Of a stretch of 64,000 nucleotides of DNA, positions 34,988 through 48,130 are shown piece after piece. The notes under the pieces are model-generated. The model worked only from the letters and a program-made list of their open reading frames with translations, was not told the DNA's origin and did not search any database. How positions within the stretch are numbered: the stretch's first letter is position 1; each line of letters opens with the position of its first letter. Source of the stretch: Asterias rubens (Eukaryota); assembly GCF_902459465.1 (NCBI RefSeq), contig NC_047072.1:16988001-17052000 (forward strand). Direction: 5' to 3'. The position numbers were made by a program, and so were the translations under genes.

Positions 34988-36921
34988 TTATTTACAACCG
35001 AGCAGCTCAAAACGCAGACACATATAACCATACCACTCAACGGGCACGATGCGAATCTTCAAGACGGGCTTGAAGAAGCGCCTCTCCACGATGCTGTTTC
35101 TGTCGGTGTTGCCATTGAATATCTAGAAGGAGGACAAATAAGATCCTATTATTAGTTGTTTATCAGGGGTTTTCATTCTAAAATGGGTGAAATCAAAGGA
35201 GGCTCTTTAATATAAAAACATACCTGAGTTTGACCAAGTTGGTCCTTCACACCAACAAGACATGCCGGTGAGGGCGGTTCGAACTGCACCCTGTACTTCG
35301 TCACCCACTGGGCATCTCCACCGTTACGCCCCTGTGTGAGTACCCCAGTGACGTAGGTCGGGTTGCCTAAATCAACCTGTATCCACTGGTTGGTATCCGC
35401 AGCATAAGGATGCCATCCTCCTATGATATTTGGATAAGGGGGTATCTTGTTGAGACGGCCACCAGCCGGTGTACCTACGTATAAGCCTTCAGTCCTGATG
35501 CTTGATGCGGTGATGCTTTCGTCAGGGATCGAACCATCTTCGAGACCGAGTTTCTCTGGATTTTTGAGCGGAAAAAGAAGAAGAAGTTTCTAAAACTATC
35601 CATATTATTTTAACATATATTTGTCAACAGTTAAAGGCAGTGGAAACTATTGGTAACTCAAAATAATTGTTAGCATAAAAACTTACTTGGTAATGAGTAG
35701 GCCTAATGGAGAGCTGCAACTATTGAATTTTGTAGTAAAATAATAATTTAATTAGAAAGGCATTTTTATCGCGCTCTTACAAAGAACACATCACTCACAA
35801 TCAAAACAATTTAATATATGACTGACCTGATGTACTGCATGTCTTCCATGGGGTGCATTTCCCCTTTCTTGAATCGAAATTAATCTGTAAGAAATACAAA
35901 AGTTACTCTTAAAATTTGACATTACAAAATAAAACATCATTTAGACTTCTTCTGCCGTTAATAGTGTATGCCCTGCCATTTATAGACTGATTATTCTCCC
36001 ACCATGCAAAGTTTGAAATCCTACGAAGCAGACTGATGAATGGCATTGAATGGTAAACTATGTTGCAATGGCCCATAAAATATGTAACATTTGGTACATA
36101 ACAGTTCTCATTCATTTCGTTTAAAGACAGTGGACACTATTGGTAATTGCCAAAGACCAGTCTTCTCACTTGGTGTATCTCAACATATGCAAAAGATAAC
36201 AAACCTGTTAAAAATTTAGCTCAATCGGTTGCAGAAGTTGCTATGATAATAATGAAACAAACAAAAAACACTTGTCACACGAAGTTGTGTGCTTTCTGAT
36301 GCTTGATTTCGAGACCTCAAGTTCTAAACTTGAGGTATCGAATTCAAATTCGTGGAAAATTACTTCTTTCTCGAAAACTACTTCACTTCAGAGGGAGCTG
36401 TTTCTCACAATGTTTCATACTATCAACCTCTCCCCATTACTGGTAATAAAGAAAGGTTTGTGATCATTATTATTTTGAGTAATTACCAAAAGTGTCCACT
36501 GCCTTTAACTTGTATACGATACATTAGTGACAAACGCCAATTATTTTGGTTAAACAATTAAAATGAACCATCTGTTTTACTATACCTGGCAAGTCATTGG
36601 TTTTGCAGTTGCGTCGTAATACGAAAAATACGGCTTTCCTTGAAAGTTGTCACAGACATGCTCAGCACTGGCGTTGTTCATCTGACAGACTTGATTGATG
36701 TGATCGTAGTTGAAAGAAAAACATCCATGATGGCTGAGACACCGAACTGAACATCTGACGGCAGAGATGCCCGAGATATTCATGAAGGAATGGCCTAGTA
36801 GGGCGTGGTGCTCTACCGGGTGATACCAGACCCCTTGGTAAAGACCACTCACACTATAAGACGCTGAAACCTCAATAAACATCTCAAGCAAGAGGAATAC
36901 GAAACTGCGAATGGTATCCAT
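34988..36921 (-). CDS. Secreted PAN/apple-domain + F5/8 type C (discoidin) domain protein, 4 exons, 286 aa
   Basis: Exons 36921-36586, 35884-35827, 35555-35224, 35122-34988; phases are compatible (861 nt). Signal-like MDTIRSFVFLLLEMFIEVSA. PAN-like HALLGH..RCSVRCLSHHGCFSFNY..CQMN. F5/8-C motifs LGLEDGSIPDESITASS, GGW, NQWIQVDLG..VTGVLTQGR, QWVTKYRV, IFNGNTDRNSIV, IRIVPVEW..LRFELLGC. Confidence 0.9.
36125..36504 (+). mobile_element. Kolobok-like MITE in PAN-F5/8 gene intron 1
   Basis: TTAA flanks, family TIRs. A terminal fragment is also present at about 35636-35720. Confidence 0.85.
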
Positions 36922-38502
36922 GTTCCTACTCTGGCAGAATAAATTGTTAGCAGGTTTACCAATATATCTACCTCGAATTAAACGCCCTAAATCACAATTA
37001 ATTCTCCAAACTACCCAAGGGAACAATATTAATAATTTTAGGCCATTAATGTGATGTTACCATGGCAAGAGTAATTTCACCATATGCTAATCGTTCCGCC
37101 GTACCACGGACACGGTCATTAGTCTATGGTTAGAGACTCTCCTGTTATAGACTGGTTCCCCCGTCTCATTAGTCTTGAAGTCAAGGATACACACACCCTC
37201 GATCCCAGACGATCCACACACCCTCGATCCCAGTATGTGTGTGTGAGTCAGTCGCAATTACTGCCTCGCGCTACCTACGACTGTTGCATATGTAACATCG
37301 CACTGGACAGTGACTGTTGCATGAAAGGCAGACAAATAGGCAGCGCCTAACGACTTGTCATCAAGTCTACCGTCTCATAGGCGTTGGTGTTACAGTCTAA
37401 ATGATTTCATTTGACAAACTTGCAGTGACGTCATAGAAGCTCATAGCGCTGATAAGTCCTGTGTTTTTTTTTTTTATTTTTTTTTTAGCTCGCACTTCCG
37501 GTTTCAATCGCCTGCTACATTGTGCATAAGGTTGTATGTTTTTATTTTATTTGTATAATTTGCAATGTAGGCTAATAATTATCCTTGTGAATGGGATGTG
37601 AGGTCAAAGGTTATTATGATAGGATCCTGCCAGAGGCGCAAGGCCGATATCTGGAGTTATTCACGGAAATCAAGGAAACTTACAATCAATCAAATTAATA
37701 ATGACAAGCGTGAATGAGAGACACTTGGTATACATAAATGGATATTTTTGGCCAAATTAAAATCACATTTTGACTGCAATTAACACTAATAATTCACAGA
37801 AATTAATTTTTTTCAAAACATGAACTTTATTTAGCAACGACTTGCTGATGAACAATTCTTAGTTTAACTACAGATACAAAAAGAACACAAGTGTCTTTAG
37901 AAGATAAATGTAAGATGTAACCATTTTATAAACTGTAACCCTTTTACATTTGATACTGTGGAAATAAACCGATTGACTGATTGATAAAAAAATAGTTCAT
38001 AACCTGTGCAGAATGAATACCATCCAAGGCCCAAGCTTTGGCTTCCGTTAGTATAATTGGACTAGTAATAAACCAGACATGATTAGTCCTTGGGGAAAAA
38101 AAGGTATGAACCTTTTTGTGAGTGCAAGGTTTGACTAACTTGTTCATGCAGGCTTTAAAAGACTGGTCAGGCTGTTTAGTCACAGTTTTTACCAAGGGCA
38201 AAAATTAATCAGATTTAAAGAAACTGGATACCTTTGGCAATTTATTGTAAGACCAGTATTCAGTTGAACATTTTGTTTGTTTGCATTTCTTAAAATTAAT
38301 CTGTGCACCAAATGGTTAAGAAACATATGAAACTACTCTCTAAGAGAACAATAACAGATTTCTGCAAAATGGAATGTTATTCCTCAATACGTTTTCCAGG
38401 GCGACTTGTTTAAACAGATGATGGCTAAACACTACAAAAAAAACTCAACTTTAAAAAAAGTAATAAACCGAGACGTGTGAATGCATGATGCGATGTGACG
38501 CG

Positions 38503-41500
38503 CTAGATTGGTTTGATCTTAAAATGAAGACCAATCAGTGAGAAGACGAGACACTTAAGATCCTGTACGAGGTAGTAGAAGATACGAAGACCCTCAGCGT
38601 CCCTGACAGGCAAGAAGACAGAGAAGAAAAGAGAAGAAACAAAATACAATTAAGATTAACAATTAAATGGAGTGACGTGGCGGAGGGCACACTAAAGGCA
38701 GTGGACACTATTGGTAATTACTCAAAATAATTATTATCATAAAACCTTTTTTGATTTCGAGTAATGGGGAGAGGTTGATAGTATAAAACATTGTGAGAAA
38801 TGGCTCCCTCTAAAGTAATGTAGTTTTCGAGAACGAAGTAATTTTCCACGAACTTGATTTTGAGACCTCATATTTAGAATTTGAGGTCTCGAAATCAAGC
38901 ATCTGAAAGCACACATCTTTGTGTGACAAGGGTGTTTTTTTCTTTAATTTTTATCTCGCAACTCCGACGATCGATTGAGCTCAAATTTTCACAGATTTGT
39001 TATTTTAGCATATGTTGAGATACACCAACTGAGAAGACTGGTCTTTGACAATAACCAATAGTGTCCACTGTCTTTAAGGTTATTCAAGTTCTTGTTCACA
39101 GAGTTTGGGGTATAATCGTGACCCCTCTGGTCATTATGCTTGTAAGTTAAGACGTGTCAGCAAAAAGACACTGTAGGCCTACCATAATTACTTTGGTGTT
39201 TGGATGGGATGTAAAGCAGTAGGTGTTGAGTGTTTTATAATCACTGAGACGTAGAATTATTGTGACTGTTTTTCTCATTTCTCAAAAACTACAGCACCTA
39301 AATATTATTTGAAGAGAAGCTTTCTACTATCATTATCTTCAAACCGTGTAAGTTTAAAGGCAGTGGACACTATTGGTAATTGGTAAAGACTAGCCTTCAT
39401 GGTTGCTGTATCTCAACATAATGCATAAAATAACAAACTGTGAAAATTTGAGCTCTATCGGTCATCGAACTTGCAAGATAATAATGAAAGAAAAAACATC
39501 CTTGTCACACGAAGTTGTGTGCGTTTAGATGGTTGATTTCGAGGCCTCAAAATCTGAGGTCTCGAAATCAAATTCGTGGAAAATAACTTCTTTCTCGAAA
39601 ACTATGGCACTTCAGAGGGAGCCATTTCTCCCACTGTTTTATACCATCAACCTCTCCCCATTACTCGTCACCAAGAAAGGTTTTATGCTAATAATTATTT
39701 TGAGTAATTACCAATAGTTTCCACTGCCTTTAATGTAAATTTATGGACATTTTGAAAAAGAACATCAATGTTGATGAACTACTTGTGGAGACCTAAAAAA
39801 TTTTGAAAAGTTTAGACATTACTTTAAGCCTGTTTATGAATAAACTCACTTGCTGCTGTTGACGTCAATCAGCGATCCAATCTTGCTGGTTGTAAAGGAG
39901 ATATGTTCATTGCCCATGACAATCTCAAGCTCTTGTCTTCCAACCCTGTCTGGTTCCGGCCATATCTCATCGTTTTCTTGCATGAGTTCACTGTCCTGGA
40001 CGATTCGCTTCAGTTCTTCGATTGCGGCTCTATGAACGTAAGCCTGGGGCGTAGGATCACACAAAAAAGGAATCAGGTTAAAGGGTTTTCTTAGGCTCAA
40101 ATTTGGGCGGAAAAAACCCACACAAGACTGCATGGGCTTGTCAGGCCTGGAATTAAAAAACCCACACAAGACTGCATGGGCTTGTCAGGCCTGGAATTAA
40201 AAAACCCACACAAGACTGCATGGGCTTGTCAGGCCTGGAATTAAAAAACCCACACAAGACTGCACGGGCTTGTCAGGCCTGGAATTAAAAAACCCACACA
40301 AGACTGCATGGGCTTGTCAGGCCTGGAATTAAAAAACCCACACAAGACTGCATGGGCTTGTCAGGCCTGGAATTAAAAAACCCACAGTAGACTGCATGGG
40401 CTTGTCAGGCCTGGAATTAAAAAACCCACACAAGACTGCATGGGCTTGTCAGGCCTGGAATTAAAAAACCCACACAAGACTGCATGGGCTTGTCAGGCCT
40501 GGAATTAAAAAACCCACACAAGACTGCATGGGCTTGTCAGGCCTGGAATTAAAAGACCCACACAAGACTGCATGGGCTTGTCAGGCCTGGAATTAAAAAA
40601 CCCACACAAGACTGCATGGGCTTGCCAGGCCTGGAATTAAAAAACCCACACAAGACTGCATGGGCTTGTCAGGCCTGGAATTAAAAAACCCACACAAGAC
40701 TGCATGGGCTTGTCAGGCCTGGAATTAAAAAAAACCACACAAGACTGCATGGGCTTGTCAGGCCTGGAATTTTACTTTTGAAAGACCAAGGCCATTTTCA
40801 TTTTGAAAAGGGCACTTCCATTGGAAAATGGGAATTATTTTAACGGCACCAAGGCCAAAACCAGGGGCGATGGGGGCCATGGACTCTGTGGCATGCGAGT
40901 TATTCCAGGCCTGGCTAGCGCAAAATACATGTAGCTCAAAATATTTAAAAATTTATTCTACAGGACCAGAAATGAAACGAGTTGAACAAGAACAATAAAA
41001 GAGAAGACCTAGATAGAACTCATTTGCCTCATGTGTATAACATGTATAAAACCTACTTTGATTCTCAAGAAAATTTAAAGGGAAGGTACACGTTTGGTAA
41101 TTTTCAAAGACGGGTCTTCTCACTTGTTGTATCCCATCATATGCATAGAATAACAAGCCTAGTGAAAATTTGGGCTCAATCTGTCATCGACGTTGCGAGA
41201 AAATGATGGAAGAAAAAACACTCTGGTTGGACGAATTCGTGTGCTTTCAGATAGGAATAAAAGACTTAGTAGCTAGAAGTCTTTTATTATTTTAGTGAGA
41301 AATTACCTCTTTCTCAAAAACTACATAACATCAGAGGGAGGCTTTTTCACACAATGTTTTACACTATCAACAGCTCTCCAATGCTCGTTACCGAGTCAGT
41401 TTTTAAGTGAATATTAGTTTTGAGTAATTACCAAACGTGTACCTTTCCTTTAAAGATATTTTTTTATTTGTTTGTTTGAACGAAGATAATTAATACACAG

Positions 41501-42959
41501 TGAGATACAATTATTGAACTGACAAACACAAGACCACAGGGTTTACAACCTCGATGCTAACATTACTGGCCTCATCCTGCGGTTCAAAGTTAATTTCGGC
41601 CCCTGTTTAACCCTTTTTTTTTTACCTGGGGGCATTCGAGACCCAAATTTGTTGCAGCAAGGGGCCTCAAAATGTTGTTTTTTTGTACTTTGTGTTATCA
41701 TTGGCCCTAAAAAAAAATGCTACTGTTGCTTCTGTGATATTCTAATAAATACATTACATTTCTACAACTCACTGACTCACCTCTTTTCTGATCATGACAT
41801 CATTCTTGTAATTTGAATTGTTGGCGTATCTCAGCTTGCCTGGGGGGGAAAAACACCTTAGGCTCAATATAAGTTTTTAAATATATTTGTTTCTCGAATA
41901 ATGAGTAAACTGTATCGACTAGAGATATCTGGCTACAACGTGCAGCGCGCTGCTTTGTGCTGAGGCTCCACAGTGCTGTGAGTATGACTCCGTGAGTGAT
42001 GAATCTTGACCAAAGCGTTAGATTACTTGCTTCAGTGCTTTCGTACTTGCACATCAGCAACATCATGACCCCAACAATATCAAGTGGTAAGGTTTCTTGC
42101 GATTTAGAATCGCAATGAATTTTGGGTAGGCATTCGACAACCGCGGTGTATGTTGTCATGCACGACTTGCGCACGCATGGCCTATATCTCTGTGTGGGTT
42201 CTTCAACAACACCCTCAAATATTTTGCTATTTGCGATAAACCTTATTGCCAGCTCTTTCTGAGCTTTTTCATAAAATTTCACCATGGCAATGATTACACC
42301 AATACGCATTCCTCATTTTTCATGTTGATGACAATTTAAAAATGAGCTACCAGGGAAGTGACAACTTGGGCGAACATATCTAATAAGATTTTATGCTTTA
42401 ATGGCACAACTGCACTCTTTGTATGTCTGGAAGAAAATCTTGGACCTTGGCTTTGGCAAAAATATAACAACGTTAAACGTGAGTTTCTATACTATTCTGT
42501 ATTCAGTTTTCTATCTTCGCCGAAGACAAGTCAAGAAGACAAGAGCGGGTCCATCGTATTCGTATTTGCTCGACCTCTATTTTATTTATTATTATGGAGA
42601 TTTTCAGAGTACGTGTATTACTGTTTTGTTACTGTCTTGTTACACTTGGACCATAGAGTAGGACAGACAGTACCACAGCAAGCTACGTGCATCCCAAAAC
42701 GCCACCAACGGTAACACTGACTGAACCAGTCCACATGTCTATTTTGCGTGCGAATACAAAACAGTTCGTTGTGATTATGTGAAGAAATAAATGGTTTATA
42801 AGTTCGTGACTGTTCATTAATACACCCCCTTGATTATCTAAGTGGGAAGTGTTTCTTGGAATACTTACCATCTGGTCTAAACTCAAACTCGAGGAACTCG
42901 TGACCGAATTTGCCTTTATGGCCAACGTAGTATCGCAAGTAGAACTCTTCGTCCGCCAT
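38503..42959 (-). CDS. MAGOH: Mago nashi homolog (exon junction complex core), 4 exons, 147 aa
   Basis: Exons 42959-42869 ([31 protein letters not shown]), 41839-41781 ([19 protein letters not shown]), 40043-39850 ([42 protein letters not shown]), 38602-38503 ([32 protein letters not shown]). Total 444 nt. Confidence 0.98.
38696..39073 (-). mobile_element. Kolobok-like MITE, reverse orientation, MAGOH intron 3
   Basis: Family TIRs and interior. Confidence 0.85.
39358..39729 (+). mobile_element. Kolobok-like MITE, MAGOH intron 3
   Basis: TTAA flanks, family TIRs. Confidence 0.85.
40112..40771. repeat. 44-bp minisatellite, about 15 near-identical copies, MAGOH intron 2
   Basis: Unit AAAAAACCCACACAAGACTGCATGGGCTTGTCAGGCCTGGAATT; no spacers. 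Confidence 0.97.
40759..40913. mobile_element. MITE with CAGGCCTGGAAT termini (hAT-like)
   Basis: CAGGCCTGGAAT (40759) ... ATTCCAGGCCTG (40913). No target-site duplication is visible. Confidence 0.65.
41079..41449 (+). mobile_element. Kolobok-like MITE, second subfamily, MAGOH intron 2
   Basis: TTAA-AGGGAAGGTACACGTTTGGTAATT ... AATTACCAAACGTGTACCTTTCCT-TTAA. Confidence 0.85.
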
Positions 42960-42990
42960 TATTATTTCATCGATTTGTGCGTGTGAAAAA

Positions 42991-43111
42991 TGCTGCATTA
43001 TCAAGACGATTGGTGGCGCCCTTCACAAATAACGGTCAATAATTATTTAACCCTGCTGTATTATCAAGACGGTTGGTGGCGTCCTTCACAAATAACCGTC
43101 AATAATTATTT
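42991..43111. repeat. Direct duplication (63-bp period) just upstream of the MAGOH ATG
   Basis: TGCTG(C/T)ATTATCAAGACG(A/G)TTGGTGGCG(C/T)CCTTCACAAATAAC(G/C)GTCAATAATTATTT at 42991 and 43054. Confidence 0.9.
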
Positions 43112-44640
43112 CACCCCCCCCCCCCCCCATCTCAGTTTCCTGAAACCACATGGAGAAAGAAAATAGAATCTATTTTCTTCCTCAATGCTGAAATTGTTTG
43201 TGGATTACCTCCAAACCACAGGGTGCCTCTCCTATTTGCAACCCCCCCCCCCGCCCCAATTCTAAGGAATCCGAGTAATTTTTTTTTTGTATGCACATTA
43301 TCCTCAAAAAAATATGAACGATAGGCATTGCTTGATGAGGGAGCAAGGTGCAAGGGGGGGGGGGGGGTAAACAAAATCTCACACTGTCTACAGAATTAGA
43401 GTTAAATTAAAAATTGTAATTTAATTTTGCTCTCAATGCAAAGAATTATAAATAAAAAGAAAACCGTCACAATCAAATCAAATGTTACTTTTCCTTGAAG
43501 AGTAAATAATAAGACCACAAGTTTAACAGGCAAACATTATTAACCCTTATTCTTTATGCAAATAATACTCCAATGCTCCTCCTCTTTATCACTCCACTCG
43601 GACTTGGATTAAAGTTGTATACCTGGGGCCTTTCTTAAACCCAGGCTTGACTGCTCCAGCTTAGGAGGCTCCACAAGATGGGTACGCAGTGGAAACGCAA
43701 CCCTGCATTCGGGCCTATACTTTTTGGATCAACGGTTATTTTGCACGCGGTGTGGTTTAAACATCGAAGGTCGTCTAGAGCCAGAGCCCAAGCCGAGGTT
43801 TGAGAAAGGCCCTTGATTTAGTTATTCTTTTCAGCACAGTAGAGGATATTAAGAAGTATTAAGTAGGGTAAGGGTTAAGCCAAAAGCCAAAATTGTTTTG
43901 ACACTTGTCATCAAATAAAAACAATAACAAAGAATGACATCTTAACACAACTCTTTACACTATAAATAGAACTCTATTTGAATCTACACACACACAACGG
44001 GGACAGCTCTATATTTTGACACCCCTACACCATGGAGGTAGGTTCTGACGTCCAGGTGTTTCGGAAACACCCTTGTGATCCGGGTTTAGGAAAACACATT
44101 TGGAGCAAGTCAAACATGTCATAAAGGTGTCAACACACAGGGGTCACTGTGTTTACTTCGACCTGGATCTAAGCCAAACCACAGTGATAGGATTGCTGCA
44201 CGATATGCATAAGGAGCAACAAGAAACATCTTGAACACAAGACTAAATTTTGGTTGATAAACGATATTCCAGTCTTACTTACTCCTTTTTTTTTTTTTTC
44301 AAAAAGGAAATATATTTCAAACCATCGATTAACACTTAAATCAACATGGAATATACATAACTAAAATGCTCGAAATGTGGCTGGAAGCAAAAACAGATTG
44401 GCCCCTTTTTCTGTGAGAGTCGGTGCGTATATTTACATTGCTAAGACTGGGTACCTGACATATAAATATACCCACTACAAGGCAACCACAAATAAAGATC
44501 TACACATTTACAGTCAACACTCGTTGTAAAGAGGGTCTGCTTATAAAGAGTACTTTCTAAAGTCCCAAATCTCTTTTCTACTTGTGTGTTTTTTTGCTGT
44601 CCTCTAATACAAGTACAGTGTAACAATGTTATAAAGAGGT

Positions 44641-45145
44641 ATTTTGGCTAGCCCAGTGTTCGTGTTATTAAAAGCTGTCCACTACTATCACTGTTTTTAC
44701 AAACATGTACACATTTCAATTCATTCCAAATTACGATCATGCTTTATACACACATTTCAAATAAACCCAAGTCCAGACCTAAAACTCTATGGGTTAGGAA
44801 GCGAAGGCAAAATATCTCCATGCCCCTGGGGCCTGGTGACTGAAAATCTTCCAGCAAACTTGACGTTCAACAGTGCAATACGTTGAGTAGGCATTTTGGC
44901 TAGCCCAGTGTTCGTGTTATTACAAGCTGTCCACTACTATCACTGTTTTTACAAACATGTACACATTTCAATTCATTCCAAGTTACGATCATGCTTTATA
45001 CACACATTTAAAATAAACCCAAGTCCAGACCTAAAACTCTATGGGTTAGGAAGCGAAGGCAAAATATCTCCATGCCCCCATGGGGCCTGGTGACTGAAAA
45101 TCTTCCAGCAAACTTGACGTTCAACAGTGCAATACGTCGAGTAGG
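44641..45145. repeat. Direct tandem duplication of about 252 bp
   Basis: 44641-44892 and 44893-45145 differ only by a few substitutions and a 2-nt indel. Confidence 0.95.
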
Positions 45146-45665
45146 AATAGGTGTTTGATATGGGACATGAAAACTTGTATGGAATGTCACAAACACAATG
45201 AACACAAAAATGTGTACAATGACTGAGTGCACTTGCTGTACAAGTCTTTGCTTTTAAAGTTAACAATGGTTAATGGGAAAAACAAAAGTAAGGAAAAACG
45301 TTTTTTAAATGTCAACTTAAAATCTGCAAGCGGACGGAGAGGCGCAAAATGTGTTCATAAACCCAGAAAGACAGATATAAAATATCAAAATGAAAAAATA
45401 ATAATAATAAAACAAATATTTTGCCCCGCGGAAAAATGAAGTCTGATGAAACCCACAAACCCTTGAATCTTAAATCTGCACTTTATCTTTAAAATGAGCC
45501 GCCAAAACACCTCAACCCTGTGTTGAGATTGTAGCGATTTTTGCAAATTGAATTTTAAACCCGTCAGCTTACGGGGACCCCATTAACATGCATTCAAGCT
45601 ATGCATTCCCCGTTGAACTTTAACCTCTGACCCCATCATGACTATTTACAAATTGGCGAACGATC

Positions 45666-47483
45666 TCAGATGCTTAGGCCGAAGACACTGACGATGCAGT
45701 ACATTGTCTTGTTCTCCCATCTGACGGTGCAGCTTCCATCGGTCATGTTATCCCAGAAACAGGAGCTCGCTGTGTGGAGACCAGCGCCGTTCTTCTGCAT
45801 GATGACACAGGTGACTGTGAACACAAGAGAAGAGGAAATATCTAAGCCGTTAGATAGAGTATGCCACAATTTAGGCCTTGAATTTACCCAAGGGCACCCA
45901 TAGCCATGGCGTGTGCTTTTGCTGTGGTGCCCTTTACAAAGTTCCTAATTAAACTTACATTTTCCCCATAGAAGAGCCCCTTACCAGAGGGAAATTGATG
46001 TGACGCTTCAAGAGTGAAGTTTAAGGCCTGTTTTTATATCGGTGTAGCGCATAATGCAGGATCAGGAGCCTCTAGTGCAACACATAACATACAACACTGA
46101 AATGATTTACATAAAGCTACAGTTACAAAAATAAAGATTCAAACAAGTTGTTCTCTAAAAGTCCCTTGAAAGAATCTAAAGAGAGTCAGCTTGGGGAATG
46201 ACGAGGTAAGTCGTTCCATATTCCATTGAGTCAGTAGGGATTGGCCAGAGAGGAAGGGCAGTGCTAGGCCAACATGAGCAGCTGAACATGAGGGATAAAT
46301 TGGCCTACTTGCGTACACAGACAACGCAACTTTCTAATTGCAAAAAAAGAGGACATTTTGTCCAGTGTTTTCTATGGCACTGTTTTGAAAAGAAAAAGAG
46401 GAAATCAGCTAATCAACTGAAAAGTTGCATGTGGTGTATGAAATATTAAAGAAACTTTCTTGTTCTTACCAATATATTTGAAGGGTTTGCCCAGTTTTGT
46501 CAGCTGATTGAGGCATTGTTCAACGACGTTGGATGTCCACTGATTGATTTTGTTGTGTTGGTATGCGTTGCCTCCTATCGTCCCTTCAACAGCTTCTTTG
46601 ATGATGTTGCTGACTTCATCAACCACGAACGAAGTCTGAAATTAAGAGATACATTGTTTTACTTCATAACATTAACACTTCAATCCCATCTATGATCTAA
46701 TTGAACTTTGAAGGTGAAAAAAGTGTACTTTTGGTACCTGACAATAAATCATGACAATAATTTAAAATAAACTATTGTCTTGTCTTTACTGCACAAACCG
46801 CCACCACTGGGCTATAACCGTACAGACCCTCATGCATGCATGCTCCCTACTCAAACTTTATATTAACAAGGAGGGACTTAAAATTATTAGCGTCAGGGGC
46901 TGATTTAACTTGCCTAAACACAACTTATGCTTACTTAGTTAGGGATATTTTTTTATTTTTTGTTAAATTCATGCTGTTGTTTTGAGTGTGTTGATCAACT
47001 CACTCACTGTCATATATATATAAGTGTCCAACTAACTCGCTGTGCTGTGTAGTCGAGCACATACAAAGGAAATGATTATTTTGTGCATCTTTTTTGGGAT
47101 AACTTTCCGTATACTATGGCGCCACCACTTTTTCACTCATTTTTACAAAAAGGGATATATCAATCAGGTAAATTAGATACTATATTATTTTATTTCGAAT
47201 GAAAAAGTGGTGGCGCCATACTGAAACTTTTCCCTTTTTTGACACAGGCGTGATATGTGCCACCTTTTTATTGTGAAATATGCACAACTTTTTCGAACAG
47301 AGTCTGCCACTGGCTGTGTCACTCTGTCTGCGTTGTGAAGCCGGAATCATCCGGTCCCATCAAAATTAATTGACTCGATGACCAAGTCGACTTTTTAAAA
47401 TTTGACGCATATAACAACAATTAAGAAACTGAAAACAATCCTGTGTAATACTTTACCTCTTCTGCTGTCTGATATTCTTCCAT
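45666..47483 (-). CDS. DYNLT1: Dynein light chain Tctex-type 1, 3 exons, 113 aa
   Basis: Exons 47483-47457 (MEEYQTAEE), 46635-46470 ([41 protein letters not shown]), 45814-45666 ([49 protein letters not shown]). Total 342 nt, canonical splice sites. Confidence 0.97.
47103..47232. mobile_element. Short MITE (TATGGCGCCACCACT termini), DYNLT1 intron 1
   Basis: Near-identical inverted copy at about 59732-59852 in SLC16-like intron 1. Confidence 0.75.
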
Positions 47484-48084
47484 TTTACTTGAATCCTTCA
47501 GCAAAACAGTGTAAAAAAAGAGGTTTTGATCACGCTTTCCGTCACTCCGTGTGTTTTTAACTGCTCAGTCGAGATCGTTGGCAACAAGCAAAGCATCATG
47601 GGTATTTTTCATTCACACCTATGCCCGACGACTGTTGCGTGTTTTAAATTGCTATTCATGAAACAGCCACTACTTTTTATTAGTTGGGGCAACTTCGATA
47701 TGTTTGTTTTGGGGAGGGAAATTGGCAATTATAACAGTGATTAATTAAGATTATAGATTTAAATTAAGTTATACATTGGGACAATCGGCACTTGGACTTC
47801 TCAATGGGGGTTCTATCCGCTTCTTTGTTGAAAAATCAGTCCGATTTGGCCCTATATTGTAATCTCAATAGGCCTCGCTATGTGGTCTTTACTTTCTTGT
47901 TCTTCTTCTTTAGAAGTAGTGTTCGATATTACAATTGTGGTCATTGAGGATGAGAAGCCAATAATAATGATAGGTGTAATAATAATTTGTTTATTATTAA
48001 AAGAGCAGAACAGTGAGTATAGGCCTAACTGAATTTGTACCCCGACTGCGCCACTTTTTTGAATGGCGACGTTTGACGTTTGTT

Positions 48085-48130
48085 AGTCGACTACCAATCA
48101 CAAAATAATTGCGCGTGTGACGTCACAACA
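48085..48130. promoter_or_regulatory. CCAAT + CRE promoter element upstream of DYNLT1 (possibly bidirectional)
   Basis: ACCAATCA and TGACGTCA about 620 bp upstream of the DYNLT1 ATG. Motif match only. Confidence 0.3.

Noticed and set aside
40112-40771. Regular 44-bp array resembling a CRISPR locus
   Set aside because: Units are contiguous with no unique spacers, lie in a spliceosomal intron, and have no cas genes nearby.
41800-42309. 169-aa ORF in MAGOH intron 1
   Set aside because: No recognisable motif, and it runs out of frame into exon 2. A BLASTX hit would revive it.
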